Source: a virus
Reading direction: 5' to 3' (one strand)
DNA length: 64,000 bases
Virus record (IMG/VR): IMGVR_UViG_3300045988_174371
Span: 296,644-360,643 of that record
Shown here: piece by piece, positions 18,237 through 28,843 of the stretch
Layout of the letters: each line of letters begins with the position of its first letter
How positions within the stretch are numbered: the stretch's first letter is position 1
Made by a program: the position numbers and the translations under genes
Notes under the pieces: model-generated
Databases searched by the model: none
What the model was told of the DNA's origin: nothing
What the model saw: the letters and a program-made list of their open reading frames with translations, nothing else

Positions 18237-20690
18237 CTACCAGCGGCGCAACGGTTGCCGCGCCTTATCGTTCTCTTCATCCGTAGGAATCTGCATCACC
18301 GGCAGGTACGGGTCAGCAGACTTGTAACGGTTGATGATGTTCTGAATCGTGTACTCTGATGCAACAGGGTTCGACAAGCCGGAGCCCGTACCCACAATAC
18401 GTGGGTCTAGGTTAGCCTGAGGGGTAAGCCCCTCATTCACAGGAACCATCAGACCCTTATCGCGGTCTACCACAACATATGCGGGGGTAGCGCTCACCAT
18501 GTCGCCAACATTTTCGACTAGTATCTGCCCGTTGCTCGCGCCGCTAATTCGACTACTCGCACCATCTGAACGGCGGTGAGTAACAGCCGCATAGTCATTC
18601 GGTGGAGCGTCCATACCGCCCGCGAACTGGTCAGCCATTCCAGTCTGAAGCTCACGCTTACGCCTTGCCGCATTCACAACTGAAACACGCTCAGTGGGCG
18701 TAAGGTTCTCGGTGCCTGCCACATACATAGCGTCACCCTCAGGCTTGAACGCATCAATGGGCTTACGGTTCGGGTTGTAGAACCCGCCCTTACTTGCGTC
18801 ATATCCCAGCGTACCCGCCTGAACCTTCTTATCGATGTACTTTCGAGTGTAGCTCTTGAGCGCACCCAAGGTTCGCGGGTTTGGGTTGGAGTCGTATGCC
18901 TGAGACCTGGGCATACCAAGCTCAGCTACCGCACGCTCGTACAAGTCTTCGACATCTTGCGAATTGACAGCCTTAGTGACCTCATGGGCACGCTTGGAAC
19001 GCTCAGTGAGGAGAGCTTCCTCCTGCTTCAGATGGTTGTATACATTGGCGAACGCATCCGTGTACTTCGGGTCGCTCTCGTAGCGGCTCTTGTAGCCGGG
19101 GTCAGCAGACGTAACGCCAGGCTCATTGTGGGAGCCGTTATCAAGGGCGGCGTAGCGCATCAGCTCAGCACTGTTCGCGTAGACACGTGCACCGCCAGCA
19201 GACGAGATGTTCTGACCATCAGCCGTGTACATGTTGCCCGACTCAAAATCAACGTAACCCCACAGCTTGCCATCATTAGTGCGAATACCGCCCTCATGGT
19301 CAATCTGATAAGCCTCAGCATCCATACCGCCCATCATGACGCAAGCGCCAGGCTTCAGGATGGACTTAGTGCGCTCTGCCGCACGCTCATAGTACTCCAA
19401 CTCTGCCGGGGTACTTGCGTGAGCGGTGTTGTCGTAGAACGGTGTGCTGTGGACGATGCCTGCGTTGCGCTTCTTAACTGCTTCACGAATCTCTTCAACG
19501 CTATTTGGAACCTTGGCATTAGCCGCCGCCTTAGCCTCACGGGTAGCCCTCAGCATGTCGCTGTATGCGTTGATGTAGTTGTGTTGCTGAAGCTTACGCG
19601 CTTCGCTAGGTGCAAACTTTGCATATCCAATGGGGCGCTTAACGTCAGGGGTTTCGCTCCCCCTATCCTTACCGCCATAAATCTGCACAACCCTGCCATC
19701 AATCGCGTTGTACGCCTCCTCACGGTCTTCAGGTAGCTCGCCCTGAACCTTACGTGAGAGAAGGTCGTGAACAATCTTGTCGTTGAGTTCGTTGCTCTCT
19801 TCGCCGTAATGTTTGAGGTCTGAGCGAACCTTAGTCTCCATCTCTTCATCGGAGTAGTCACCGTTCAGGTCTGCGTCCCTATCAAGCTTCGCCATAGACT
19901 CGACAAGGTACCCGAACTGCTCCTGTTCCTCAGGGGGGAGCTGGTCAAGCATATTGACGCGGTAAGCGGCTAGGGCTTTACCAAAGTTCTGGTAAGCCTC
20001 AAGGGGCGCAGGGTCGCGCTCCTCAGCAGGAGTGAAGATGCCGCCACGTAGAGCCTTCAACTCATCTGGGAGGTTTCCCTCGCTAAAGTCTGCCGGTGAG
20101 GACATCTTGTAGGCGCTCAGAATCTCCTGAAAGCGCTCCATATCCTCAGGAGTATCTAGTGATGCAGGAGGCTCCACAGCTTCAGGCTTAGGCTTCTCCT
20201 GGCGCTTACGTCGGGGCTTCTTCGGCTTCTCCTCAGGAGCAGTCTCCGCCTTTACCTCTGCGACAGACTCAGGTTCGGCTTCTCCAACCTCTTCCACAGG
20301 TTCAGCCTTAGGCTCCTCGGCAGGCTCAGGCGCGACTGGCTCGGGCTTCTCTGCAACAGGCTCAATGTCCTTGCCGACGTTCTCGCGCGCGTACTTCGGG
20401 TCAGTCGGCTCACCCGCAATAAGGTGTGCAATGTCCTCAGGGAAGCCCATATCAACCGCCTCATCGAACGGAATCTTTGACTCACCCATCACTTCCACGT
20501 GGATTTGGTAACCTTCCACCAGCTCAGGCGGGAGCGACTGGAAAGCCTCCGAGACTTCCTCCAGATAGTTGTGTGCTTCGTTGGGGTCAGCAAAGTGGTT
20601 ACCATAAGGGCAACGACCCTTCTTTGCGTCACATTTACCGCTAGTCAGCTGACCATCCTTATTGAAGCCGACGTGGGTTTTCTGCGTCAT
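18237..20690 (-). CDS. family-A large protein
   Basis: MTQKTHVGFNKDGQLTSGKCDAKKGRCPYGNHF. E/P/K-rich linker. Ends ...QPLRRW. Confidence 0.8.
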   Translation of the reverse strand: MTQKTHVGFNKDGQLTSGKCDAKKGRCPYGNHFADPNEAHNYLEEVSEAFQSLPPELVEGYQIHVEVMGESKIPFDEAVDMGFPEDIAHLIAGEPTDPKYARENVGKDIEPVAEKPEPVAPEPAEEPKAEPVEEVGEAEPESVAEVKAETAPEEKPKKPRRKRQEKPKPEAVEPPASLDTPEDMERFQEILSAYKMSSPADFSEGNLPDELKALRGGIFTPAEERDPAPLEAYQNFGKALAAYRVNMLDQLPPEEQEQFGYLVESMAKLDRDADLNGDYSDEEMETKVRSDLKHYGEESNELNDKIVHDLLSRKVQGELPEDREEAYNAIDGRVVQIYGGKDRGSETPDVKRPIGYAKFAPSEARKLQQHNYINAYSDMLRATREAKAAANAKVPNSVEEIREAVKKRNAGIVHSTPFYDNTAHASTPAELEYYERAAERTKSILKPGACVMMGGMDAEAYQIDHEGGIRTNDGKLWGYVDFESGNMYTADGQNISSAGGARVYANSAELMRYAALDNGSHNEPGVTSADPGYKSRYESDPKYTDAFANVYNHLKQEEALLTERSKRAHEVTKAVNSQDVEDLYERAVAELGMPRSQAYDSNPNPRTLGALKSYTRKYIDKKVQAGTLGYDASKGGFYNPNRKPIDAFKPEGDAMYVAGTENLTPTERVSVVNAARRKRELQTGMADQFAGGMDAPPNDYAAVTHRRSDGASSRISGASNGQILVENVGDMVSATPAYVVVDRDKGLMVPVNEGLTPQANLDPRIVGTGSGLSNPVASEYTIQNIINRYKSADPYLPVMQIPTDEENDKARQPLRRW

Positions 20691-20720
20691 TTTCTATTAT
20701 CCTTATCTTCATTTAGTTAC

Positions 20721-20757
20721 AGGTGGAGAGGCGAAGCTATTCTACGCCTCTCCACCT
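20721..20757 (-). terminator. hairpin aggtggagaggcg/cgcctctccacct
   Basis: 13-bp stem between the stop at 20792 and the start at 20690, immediately after a -10 motif. Confidence 0.5.
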
Positions 20758-20759
20758 CA

Positions 20760-20768
20760 TATATATCA
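20760..20768 (-). promoter_or_regulatory. extended -10 promoter TGATATATA
   Basis: Same promoter-then-hairpin arrangement as at 18181 and 58112. Confidence 0.45.
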
Positions 20769-20791
20769 AACAGTCCGCACCACCAGGGAGC

Positions 20792-22213
20792 TTAATGACC
20801 GCCGCCGCGTGCGCCGCCGTAAGGGGCATACCTAACACCCGTATCGTAACGTACCCATCCACATACAGCTGAACCGTTCACAATGTACGCCTGCATGGAG
20901 TGGTCTAGCCCCTCCCATGCGAAGCCTCTTTGTTCGCGAGGGTTCGGGGCGTTATCCCAAAGCTCCTTACATTCGTCAAATACGAGCATGTCAATCCCCG
21001 CATCATGCAGTTTCTTCCAATCGATACTGTATGTGTCTGCCGCTTCATCGTAAGTAATGAACCTATCCTCGAAGAACCTTGCCTCAGTTGGGCTTTTGAT
21101 GTTAAGCACGGTACTGTTGCGGTTAAACACAGGGGCATAGACGTGGGGGGTCTGAATGTAGTCGCCGTTTTGGTCATTCACTCGAAGATGGTCAGTAGTG
21201 ATGGTTGCAGAGTTGTAGTTGTAGAACCCGCCCGTCATCTCAAAAGCACCAGACCTATACGCATTGCCGGTGATGCTTTCTCCAGCCTTTCGGCGCGCCG
21301 CCCACGCCCGCTCCTTATCGTCAGCATCCTTACGGATAAGAGGGGCACTCAGTACGACATCGGGGAAGTCGTAATCTGGGCGGTTCGGTAGCCCGTCCAC
21401 CTTCGGGTTGTCGGCTAGTGTAGGGGTGAAGTATGGGCGGGCACCCCTGTACCCCTGAATGTGCTCTACAGACATGCCGGAAAGTATGGGGTTGTTGTAG
21501 TCACATTCCACCCGGTCGATACGTGCAGGGTTCGATTCGTAGTCTGCGATGAACAGGTACTCTTCGTTCTGGTCTAGGTTGAGGATGCCGCCGTGGTTAG
21601 CTTGAATGAATGGGTCTCGCGTGTAAATAAACACGTCGTGGCTTGCCATGTCTGTAGACGGGGTGCCGGTAATCGCCTGAGATTCGTCTTGGTACTCGTA
21701 ATCCAACGTGTACGCTTCACGCCCGTTATACTGCGTGATAGTGGGCTGTTGCCTCGTCTCAATCTCAATCTTCTTCCTAATCCACTTCTCGGAAGCCTGA
21801 GGGTATTTCATCCTAAGCTCAGCACGTTCCTGCTCATTCTGGAAACGCGGCATAAACTCACCATTTGGTAGCCACGGAGCCCACGGGTCATCATTGGCAT
21901 ACCCTGCGCCTTCCATCTCACGGATAGGTGGATTCGTCTTATCTCTCAGCTTCCGCGTAAGCCACTCTCGGAACTCTGGAGTGTCCAACTTCTGCCCGCT
22001 AGCGGCTAAAGCAGTGCTTTTAGCGGCTATCTCAGCATTCACCGAACCGACGTATTCCATGACGGAAGTCATGAACGCTAGGTCACCGTGAACCTTAGGG
22101 ACACCAACGTTTTCACTATTGAGGTGCTTGTAAGGGCACCCTTCAGGTGATGTGCAGGGGAGCATACGTAGCTCACCCGTCTCTGCGCTAGGGGAAAAAT
22201 GCATGAAAGCCAT
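20792..22213 (-). CDS. hypothetical protein with N-terminal H-C-C-H (CPY) module
   Basis: MAFMHFSPSAETGELRMLPCTSPEGCPYKHL... No purine-rich RBS; GGGTATACT lies just upstream. Confidence 0.75.
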   Translation of the reverse strand: MAFMHFSPSAETGELRMLPCTSPEGCPYKHLNSENVGVPKVHGDLAFMTSVMEYVGSVNAEIAAKSTALAASGQKLDTPEFREWLTRKLRDKTNPPIREMEGAGYANDDPWAPWLPNGEFMPRFQNEQERAELRMKYPQASEKWIRKKIEIETRQQPTITQYNGREAYTLDYEYQDESQAITGTPSTDMASHDVFIYTRDPFIQANHGGILNLDQNEEYLFIADYESNPARIDRVECDYNNPILSGMSVEHIQGYRGARPYFTPTLADNPKVDGLPNRPDYDFPDVVLSAPLIRKDADDKERAWAARRKAGESITGNAYRSGAFEMTGGFYNYNSATITTDHLRVNDQNGDYIQTPHVYAPVFNRNSTVLNIKSPTEARFFEDRFITYDEAADTYSIDWKKLHDAGIDMLVFDECKELWDNAPNPREQRGFAWEGLDHSMQAYIVNGSAVCGWVRYDTGVRYAPYGGARGGGH

Positions 22214-22357
22214 AAAAGTATACCCGCCGTCATAGGAACTAGTTTAAGGAAACCAGCATCCAGCACGGCGGGCACACGAAGCAGAGCTGACCGCCACAAA
22301 GCGCCCAACCCTCACCCAAAACAAAGAGACGGATATATAGACCACAGGGAGCTCATG

Positions 22358-22363
22358 TATAAT
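22358..22363 (+). promoter_or_regulatory. -10 TATAAT inside the inverted repeat gagctcat/atgagctc
   Basis: About 80 nt upstream of the ATG at 22443. The palindrome at 22350-22388 could be an operator. Confidence 0.35.
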
Positions 22364-22442
22364 AGAGGTTCGAGCAAAATGAGCTCACCTGCGCAACCAC
22401 ACACATCCACCATAACCATAGCAACCACAAGAGAGAAAGCTC

Positions 22443-22727
22443 ATGACCGAAGAAACCGAGTTCGTAAACATCCAACCTAACGTCTATGCAGTCATCACGG
22501 CAGGCGACACTACTCACACCGTCACATACCTGCATCTGACCGGCGAGAAAGAAACGCTAATCAGCCACCACCCAGTTATCGATGAAGGCATAAACATTGC
22601 GCATGAGTATGCTGTAGACGCAACACCTGAAATTGTTGCTGACATCCTGCAAAAGACTACCAACGCCATCATTCAGCATTACGCGAACCTAGGCGTAGAA
22701 GTAGAAGTCGATTTCCCCAACGAATAA
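22443..22727 (+). CDS. hypothetical small acidic protein
   Basis: ORF-track ORF; a plus-strand island among minus-strand genes. GAGAGAAAG before the ATG. Confidence 0.6.
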   Translation: MTEETEFVNIQPNVYAVITAGDTTHTVTYLHLTGEKETLISHHPVIDEGINIAHEYAVDATPEIVADILQKTTNAIIQHYANLGVEVEVDFPNE

Positions 22728-22816
22728 GAGCTACCCCAAAGACATGAAGGAAGCCCCTCACAGACATCAAATTGTCTGTGAGGGGCTTCCTTCATGTTAT
22801 AGCTGTTTACTCAAGC

Positions 22817-23692
22817 TTAGTTGGACAGCTCACGCTGTTTAGCGGCAAACTCTGCCGCCGCATCCAACTCCTCAAAGTCAGGCTCCAGCCACTGAGAAAC
22901 CACATAGCCAAGCAACCTGGAGTACTGGTTACGTTCCTCAGGGGTGGACTTCTCACTGTCAGGGATAATCACAGAGAACACCTTAACGGCAGAATCCTCA
23001 TCCACATAGTCCACCTGAGGCTCATACTCCTCAACCATTTCATCAGAGTCACGCTCATAAATGCGGACACGACGCTCAGTGGTGCTCAACAGAGTGGAAG
23101 TAGCCCAGCACGCCATTGCGCCACGGTCGCTCAACTCATCAACAGGCACAGACCTGAAGATGAGCGCGCGAATCTCCGCATCAGTACCATCAGGGGTAAT
23201 GACATGGGAATACAGCACCGTATTACCGTTACCGTGGTCTACAACCGGGGACTCGCCAAAGCCCTCAGCGGCAAGACTGGTGACCAGCCAATGCGCCTCA
23301 AGGTTGTTCATCTCAACATCCATGCCACGCCCCTGAAGGTTCATGGCAAGACCGGGACCAATGACAGGTTCCTTAATGTCAGTAACATTCTCAGGGAAAC
23401 CATCGTAAGGCGTAAGAGCGCTAATGTCAGGAATCTCAATATCCAAGGGTGCCTTCAGTGCACCCAAGAAGTCGTAAACCTCAGCGACAGAGTGGAAGTC
23501 GAAGTCCTCATCCGGTGAATACGAGAGAACGGTGTTGCCAACACGGATAGAGGTAGTGCCGTCTTCGTCACGAATGGGCACACCCTCAGGCAACAGGTCA
23601 TCAACAGCGATGCCCTCAACGGGGTTCTGAGGCGCGTTACGCAGTTCCTCAGACACAGAGTTATCGCGGGGGGAAGTTACGGACTCAGCCAA
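22817..23692 (-). CDS. hypothetical acidic protein
   Basis: ORF-track ORF with coding-like composition. Confidence 0.7.
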   Translation of the reverse strand: MAESVTSPRDNSVSEELRNAPQNPVEGIAVDDLLPEGVPIRDEDGTTSIRVGNTVLSYSPDEDFDFHSVAEVYDFLGALKAPLDIEIPDISALTPYDGFPENVTDIKEPVIGPGLAMNLQGRGMDVEMNNLEAHWLVTSLAAEGFGESPVVDHGNGNTVLYSHVITPDGTDAEIRALIFRSVPVDELSDRGAMACWATSTLLSTTERRVRIYERDSDEMVEEYEPQVDYVDEDSAVKVFSVIIPDSEKSTPEERNQYSRLLGYVVSQWLEPDFEELDAAAEFAAKQRELSN

Positions 23693-23748
23693 GATAGGCT
23701 CCTAACGTAAGGTGAAACTAAAACGTGTTGTGTTGTTGCGACATAGAA

Positions 23749-23757
23749 GATATAGCA
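23749..23757 (-). promoter_or_regulatory. extended -10 promoter TGCTATATC
   Basis: About 55 nt upstream of the start at 23692. Confidence 0.45.
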
Positions 23758-23772
23758 GAACAAACAGAGAAT

Positions 23773-23817
23773 GGGTGTACCCTCCACTAGTCATAAGCGA
23801 CCAGCCGGGGTACACCC
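23773..23817 (-). terminator. hairpin gggtgtaccc/ggggtacaccc
   Basis: Inverted repeat about 50 nt after the stop at 23870. Confidence 0.5.
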
Positions 23818-23869
23818 ATTTTCAAATACACAACACGAATCAGGTTACGTCATAACCAGAGGGGCGACG

Positions 23870-25573
23870 CTACTTCTTCTCAGCTTCACCCTTATCCTTG
23901 TTCTTCTTGTGCGGTGAGACACTGATAGAAGCCTTAGTGTAGGTGAGGTCAGCCAGCTCTTCAGGACTGAACTCCATCTCCATTAGCTCGTAGCTGTATG
24001 CGGCGCTTCGAGTACCGTAGGTGCGTATCAGCGAATCAAACCTGGGACCCAGCACTTCCTTCTGCACAGCCTTAGGTGCAGACTGTTGCCTTGAAGACTG
24101 GACAATGTTCGTGCCAATGTCACCGCTATCAGTGCCCATAATGACGTTCATGTTCGGGGCATACTCTTTCGCCAAGTGCCCCTTAATGGCAGTTGAACCA
24201 GCGCGAACTTCCTTCTCCAAGTCAGCCACAGTCCTACCGCCGGTCTTCTCCTCGAAGTGCTTCGTGGCAGTAGCCAAGTCTCGACACGCATCGTTCAAGG
24301 TGGAGCGGACATCCTTAACCCTGTTGGTAGAGCGGTTTGCAGACGGAGGCGTGAACTTGATGCCAATCTCATTCTCTGCCTGAGCTGATAGGTTCGGAGA
24401 CAGGTAGTTAATCTCGCTCACGTTGCGGGTGACCTGCTGGAACTCTTCCTCGGTGATGTCGCCGTTATCCCTAGCCGCACGCCAGCCATCAATAGTGATG
24501 GAAACCGTGTGAGGCGCGGTAATCCTGTCGCGGACTTCCTTAGGAAGCTTATCAACCTTAGCGGTATCAATCGCGTTGTAATCAAACTGCACCTCGACAA
24601 GCTTGTCATCGTGAACAACAGCAATGTGCTCACCGATACCAGTACCGTTCTTAACGGACGGGTTGCCGGAAATGCTCATGATGTACTGAAGGCGCTTGAC
24701 GGTTGCCTCCTCATTAGCCTTCTGAGCTTCTAGAAGAGCCTTCGTCTCGGAAAGCTCCTGGAAGTCTACGACCTTCTCCGTGCCGCCCTTACCCTTTGCG
24801 GTAACGGAGGTTACAGGGAGGTATACTGAGCCGCGAACCTTGTCGCGCATGTACTCCTTGCCCCTCTTCTTGGGGACAAGGTTGCGCATCTCTCGGTACA
24901 GACCATTGAGCTCTTCACGGCTTGCACCTTCCTCCTTGCGCTTCTGGTACTCAGCCTCAAGCTCCTTGTACTTCGCTTCCTTCTCTTCACGAATCTTAGC
25001 GCGGTCACGCTCATCCTTCTCATTAACAGACCTGCTGTTACTCGGAGCGAGCTGACGGCGCAGGTATTCGTCTGCGGCGAGCTTACGTGCGTTCTCTTCC
25101 TCCAGGTTGCCCCTACGCTCCTGGATGAATGCCTTGTAGCGCTTCGCACCTTCCTCAGGCCCGTGAGCTTCCATATAGCTCTTGGAGTATGCGAGGGTCT
25201 TGCCACCGGCGAGAGCACGCATGACCTTGATGGTTTCACGACCCTCAATCGTCTTTGCGCGGCGGCGGCTACCAGAAACGGACTTGGAAATGTAGTTACG
25301 CAAGATACGCGGCGCAACTGCGTCAGTCTGGAACTTCATCAGCATACGGGTACCAGCGGTAGCCTTCGCGTTTTCCAGAGCCTTATTGATGGCACTCTTG
25401 GGCGGGTAGACGGGCGGGTCGCCTAGGAGCTGTTCCTGCATCTCAGGCGGCAGGTACTCGGTGACGATGTGCATATCCATACCACCGTAGGGGCAGGTGT
25501 CTGCGCCTGCCGCCTTACAGCGACCTACGCCGGGGAACGGGGGGAGGAAGGGGCTAAAGTGTAGACCAGCCAT
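23870..25573 (-). CDS. hypothetical protein with N-terminal H-C-C-H (CPY) module and K/E-rich coiled-coil region
   Basis: MAGLHFSPFLPPFPGVGRCKAAGADTCPYGGMDMH... GGAG RBS. Confidence 0.75.
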   Translation of the reverse strand: MAGLHFSPFLPPFPGVGRCKAAGADTCPYGGMDMHIVTEYLPPEMQEQLLGDPPVYPPKSAINKALENAKATAGTRMLMKFQTDAVAPRILRNYISKSVSGSRRRAKTIEGRETIKVMRALAGGKTLAYSKSYMEAHGPEEGAKRYKAFIQERRGNLEEENARKLAADEYLRRQLAPSNSRSVNEKDERDRAKIREEKEAKYKELEAEYQKRKEEGASREELNGLYREMRNLVPKKRGKEYMRDKVRGSVYLPVTSVTAKGKGGTEKVVDFQELSETKALLEAQKANEEATVKRLQYIMSISGNPSVKNGTGIGEHIAVVHDDKLVEVQFDYNAIDTAKVDKLPKEVRDRITAPHTVSITIDGWRAARDNGDITEEEFQQVTRNVSEINYLSPNLSAQAENEIGIKFTPPSANRSTNRVKDVRSTLNDACRDLATATKHFEEKTGGRTVADLEKEVRAGSTAIKGHLAKEYAPNMNVIMGTDSGDIGTNIVQSSRQQSAPKAVQKEVLGPRFDSLIRTYGTRSAAYSYELMEMEFSPEELADLTYTKASISVSPHKKNKDKGEAEKK

Positions 25574-25728
25574 AGTTATTTTTCTCCATCTTCATATAAT
25601 ATGCCGTGAACCCCTAGTGTGGCTTGCGCCACATCATTCCATTGCGGGGTTCATGTCGAAACTTATCCATATAACACATTCCGTTTCAAACTTAGGGGTT
25701 CTAGTGGTGCAATGGAACTGACGTATAC

Positions 25729-25737
25729 TATATAGCA
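25729..25737 (-). promoter_or_regulatory. extended -10 promoter TGCTATATA
   Basis: Upstream of the start at 25573. Confidence 0.45.
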
Positions 25738-25834
25738 GACAGGAAGGGGGTTCGCCCCAAAATGGAGTGAAGCCCCACTTTTCCGGTGCCAGAGTAATGG
25801 CGGGGAAATGTGGGGCTTCTATAGCTAGAGGCAC

Positions 25835-28318
25835 TTACAGTAGCGAGCCTAGACCGACGCTATCGACAATAATAGCTTCCTGGGTCTTACCCAAAGCCTC
25901 AGCAATAAGCGACAGCGGGACACTCTGTAGGTTCAGCCCAGCGTTAGCGCTAATGAGTGTCTTCATGGCTTCCTGCATCGTGACACCTGCAAGCTGGGGT
26001 ACGGCGGAGAAAGGAATGTTCGGGTCAATCCTCTTCACAAAAGTGCTGAACATCGTGTCCGGGTGAAGACTTACCAGCGCCGCCAGACCCTCAATTGCAG
26101 AGTCCCACCCATGCTCACGGGTAAGAACCGTAACGACATCCATTGCGGAGATGTTCAACATCTGCGCCACTACACTCAGCGGGGCGTTGAGCACCTTCTC
26201 CTCGTTCGCTTCAATGATGCGTTGCATCACCGTGGGTACAGCTCGTGAAGTCTTCACCGAAACGTCGCCAAGAGTAGGACCCGTGTGCTTCGGCGGGGCA
26301 GGTAGCGGCGGGAACGGCGTAGCGCGGGCTACACGTTCTTCCTCCTGCTGGGCGCGGCTGAGTGCTCCGTGGTCGGTATGCTCCTGAATCTCTGGCAGGG
26401 CGAAGTTGATAGCCAGCTTGCTATCGCCAGGGAGCGGCTTGTACACGGTAATCGACTCGTTAAATAGCGACTGCTGACCATCAGCTACGCAATTCTTAGC
26501 CGATAGACTGTTCGCCATTTTCGGCTTCGGTTTTGCGACACGCGGAGTCTCCTGCTTCTTTCCCTGAGTCACCTCAGAAACTTCTTTCTGCGTAGGGAGG
26601 TTCGCGGTGGTGTTCTCCTGCTGGGGTGCTTCCTGCGGGGGTGCTGAAACTCCCTTGAGCACCGTCACCTTCGCGGGCTTCTTCGTGACTAGTCTAACCA
26701 TAGACTCCATAAACTCATCCTTTGTGGCGGCAGGTTTAGCCACCTCATCTACCTGCTGTGAGGAAGTCTCTACAGTCGCTTCCTCATCGTTCTTCACCGG
26801 CGGCTCTTCTTGTTCAGTCTCGACCGTTAGCGGGGCTTCCTCAGGCGTGGGCTTACCCGCCGTGAATGCGGCGTGGAAGTCCCAATCGGTATTGATAGCA
26901 GAGCCGCCCAGAGCGTTTAGGTGCTCATAGTACAAGACGGTCTCAGTTGAGGGGTCATACACTGCTTCAAAGGGCACGGGGTAAGGGCACGGCTCAGTAA
27001 CACACTCCATCTCCTCAGGAGTTCGCTTAGCCTTATCCAGGTAATCCTCGACGGTTACACCTCTGGTAAACCCATTAAAGTCCTTGCTGGGGGTGTATAG
27101 CGCCACGTAGCGGGCAACTTCACGGGCAGGGTAGTTGAGGCTCAACATCTCTAGGTACCTGCGCTCATTCAGGGATACGCCGGTGTAGCGCTGGGTAACG
27201 TTCTCCCACGGTTTGATGGTGTACGACTTGCCGTTACGACCAGTGAAAGAGATGGTCGGCTTGTAGTATACGTTCGGGTGGTATGCCGTGAGTGGTGCCT
27301 TCGAATCAGGTGAGATGTAAGACACTGGCTGTGGCGCGCCCATTCCACCATCACGCCTCGTCTTCACCGTATCGGTCAGCATCTTATTGACATTAGTCAA
27401 GGCAATGCCAAATGAAGCGCCCACCACTTTCTGCGTATACTCTCTCGAAGCGCCACACCAAACCATAGACAGCGTAAGGCTCTGCGGAGTTACCGTATGC
27501 CCTGCGTCGTTAGACAGCTTCTCAGTGTCGATACAGGGGTGCTCCATGCCTTCCATGCGGGAGAGCGCGCTCAGCGCGTGCTCATCCGCTGAGATAGGGA
27601 GAGGGTTATAGAGGTAGGTCGGGTTAATCGCGGTGAACCTGCGGCTAAGCCCAGCCTGCACATAGTCACCATAGGAGAGGACATAAGGGCAGGGCACAGG
27701 CGAGTCATAGTGCTTTTTCGCGCCGCTCTTGACACGAGCATAAGCACGGACACATGACCGCGTTTCCATCGGCGTAAACAGGATGTAATACGCGAGCAAG
27801 TCGGCAGGCATTGACTTGCCAGAGTATTCACTGGAGATGTAGTCCAGGTACGCGAGGTCTTCATCACGCCAGGTACTCCAGCTCATATCCGTATCGATAC
27901 CAAGGTCGTAGAGCGCACCGTGGGAACGGTTCTCTCTGCGCGTCGGGTCATCCGCGCTACGCCTATCATCGGTGTAAGGATAAGGCGGTGGAGCCTGAAT
28001 ACTGTTCTTGTACTCGATACGCATCTCCACCACAGCATTCTGAGACTCGGCGGACTCCTGAATAGCGCGAACCACCTCAGGGCTACAAAGACCATTGAGC
28101 GATTCAGAGATAACCTCAACCGGCAAGCCAATGTAAGTGAAGAAGTCAATCCAACGCTTCTCAAGGAGCGTGCGATTACCCTCCGGGACGTTCTGTGCGA
28201 CTGCCTGCGACACAGCAGTCTGCGCCATAACACTGAAGACAGACTCGGAACTGGGTGAGCCCCAAAGGTTCTTGATGTGCTCACCGTACCTCTGCTGAGG
28301 TTCATAAGTGGGGGACAT
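25835..28318 (-). CDS. hypothetical large protein with two internal CPY motifs
   Basis: ORF-track ORF. Internal HYDSPVPCPYVLSYG and ECVTEPCPYPVPF. P/E/Q-rich central linker. Confidence 0.75.
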   Translation of the reverse strand: MSPTYEPQQRYGEHIKNLWGSPSSESVFSVMAQTAVSQAVAQNVPEGNRTLLEKRWIDFFTYIGLPVEVISESLNGLCSPEVVRAIQESAESQNAVVEMRIEYKNSIQAPPPYPYTDDRRSADDPTRRENRSHGALYDLGIDTDMSWSTWRDEDLAYLDYISSEYSGKSMPADLLAYYILFTPMETRSCVRAYARVKSGAKKHYDSPVPCPYVLSYGDYVQAGLSRRFTAINPTYLYNPLPISADEHALSALSRMEGMEHPCIDTEKLSNDAGHTVTPQSLTLSMVWCGASREYTQKVVGASFGIALTNVNKMLTDTVKTRRDGGMGAPQPVSYISPDSKAPLTAYHPNVYYKPTISFTGRNGKSYTIKPWENVTQRYTGVSLNERRYLEMLSLNYPAREVARYVALYTPSKDFNGFTRGVTVEDYLDKAKRTPEEMECVTEPCPYPVPFEAVYDPSTETVLYYEHLNALGGSAINTDWDFHAAFTAGKPTPEEAPLTVETEQEEPPVKNDEEATVETSSQQVDEVAKPAATKDEFMESMVRLVTKKPAKVTVLKGVSAPPQEAPQQENTTANLPTQKEVSEVTQGKKQETPRVAKPKPKMANSLSAKNCVADGQQSLFNESITVYKPLPGDSKLAINFALPEIQEHTDHGALSRAQQEEERVARATPFPPLPAPPKHTGPTLGDVSVKTSRAVPTVMQRIIEANEEKVLNAPLSVVAQMLNISAMDVVTVLTREHGWDSAIEGLAALVSLHPDTMFSTFVKRIDPNIPFSAVPQLAGVTMQEAMKTLISANAGLNLQSVPLSLIAEALGKTQEAIIVDSVGLGSLL

Positions 28319-28629
28319 ATATAGTTACCATCCTAAAACTTGTAGTACAGGCGGGCTTCCTACCAACATGCGGCATACGGCACCGACCTACTGACACATT
28401 CTACCACAGTTTACGGATGTACTACGGAGTGAACTACCGGCACCACTCACTAAATGTGTGGTAGGCGTATCTAACTGCTTCGATGGGTGCCTAAATGGGC
28501 GACCAAAAGCGGGATGAAGTAACAGAAGCGTGGCGGTGAGCTCAAGTAACCATAATGAGCTCACCGCCACGCTTCTGTGAAAATAAATGCGGAACCCCTA
28601 ACAAGCAGGGGTGGTATTCAGTTGTGAAG

Positions 28630-28718
28630 CGGATAGAGCGGGATTCGAACCCGCGGGGCACCGCTAAGCACCCTCTGGTTTTCAAGACCAGTGCCTTCAG
28701 CCACTCAGCCACCTATCC
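28630..28718 (-). tRNA. tRNA-Ser (anticodon TGA), class II
   Basis: GGATAGG..., anticodon loop CTTGAAA, long variable arm, T-loop GGTTCGAATCC. Confidence 0.85.
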
Positions 28719-28747
28719 AAATACAGCTAAACTGGGTTTAGCTGACG

Positions 28748-28819
28748 CTGAGGCGCTAGGACTCGAACCTAGAACTTCGGCTTCAGAGACCGACGTGTTG
28801 CCAATTACACCACGCCTCA
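28748..28819 (-). tRNA. tRNA-Gln (anticodon CTG)
   Basis: TGAGGCG... (U1-A72), anticodon loop CTCTGAA. Confidence 0.85.
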
Positions 28820-28843
28820 TTAAACCCATATTCAATTATGGTG

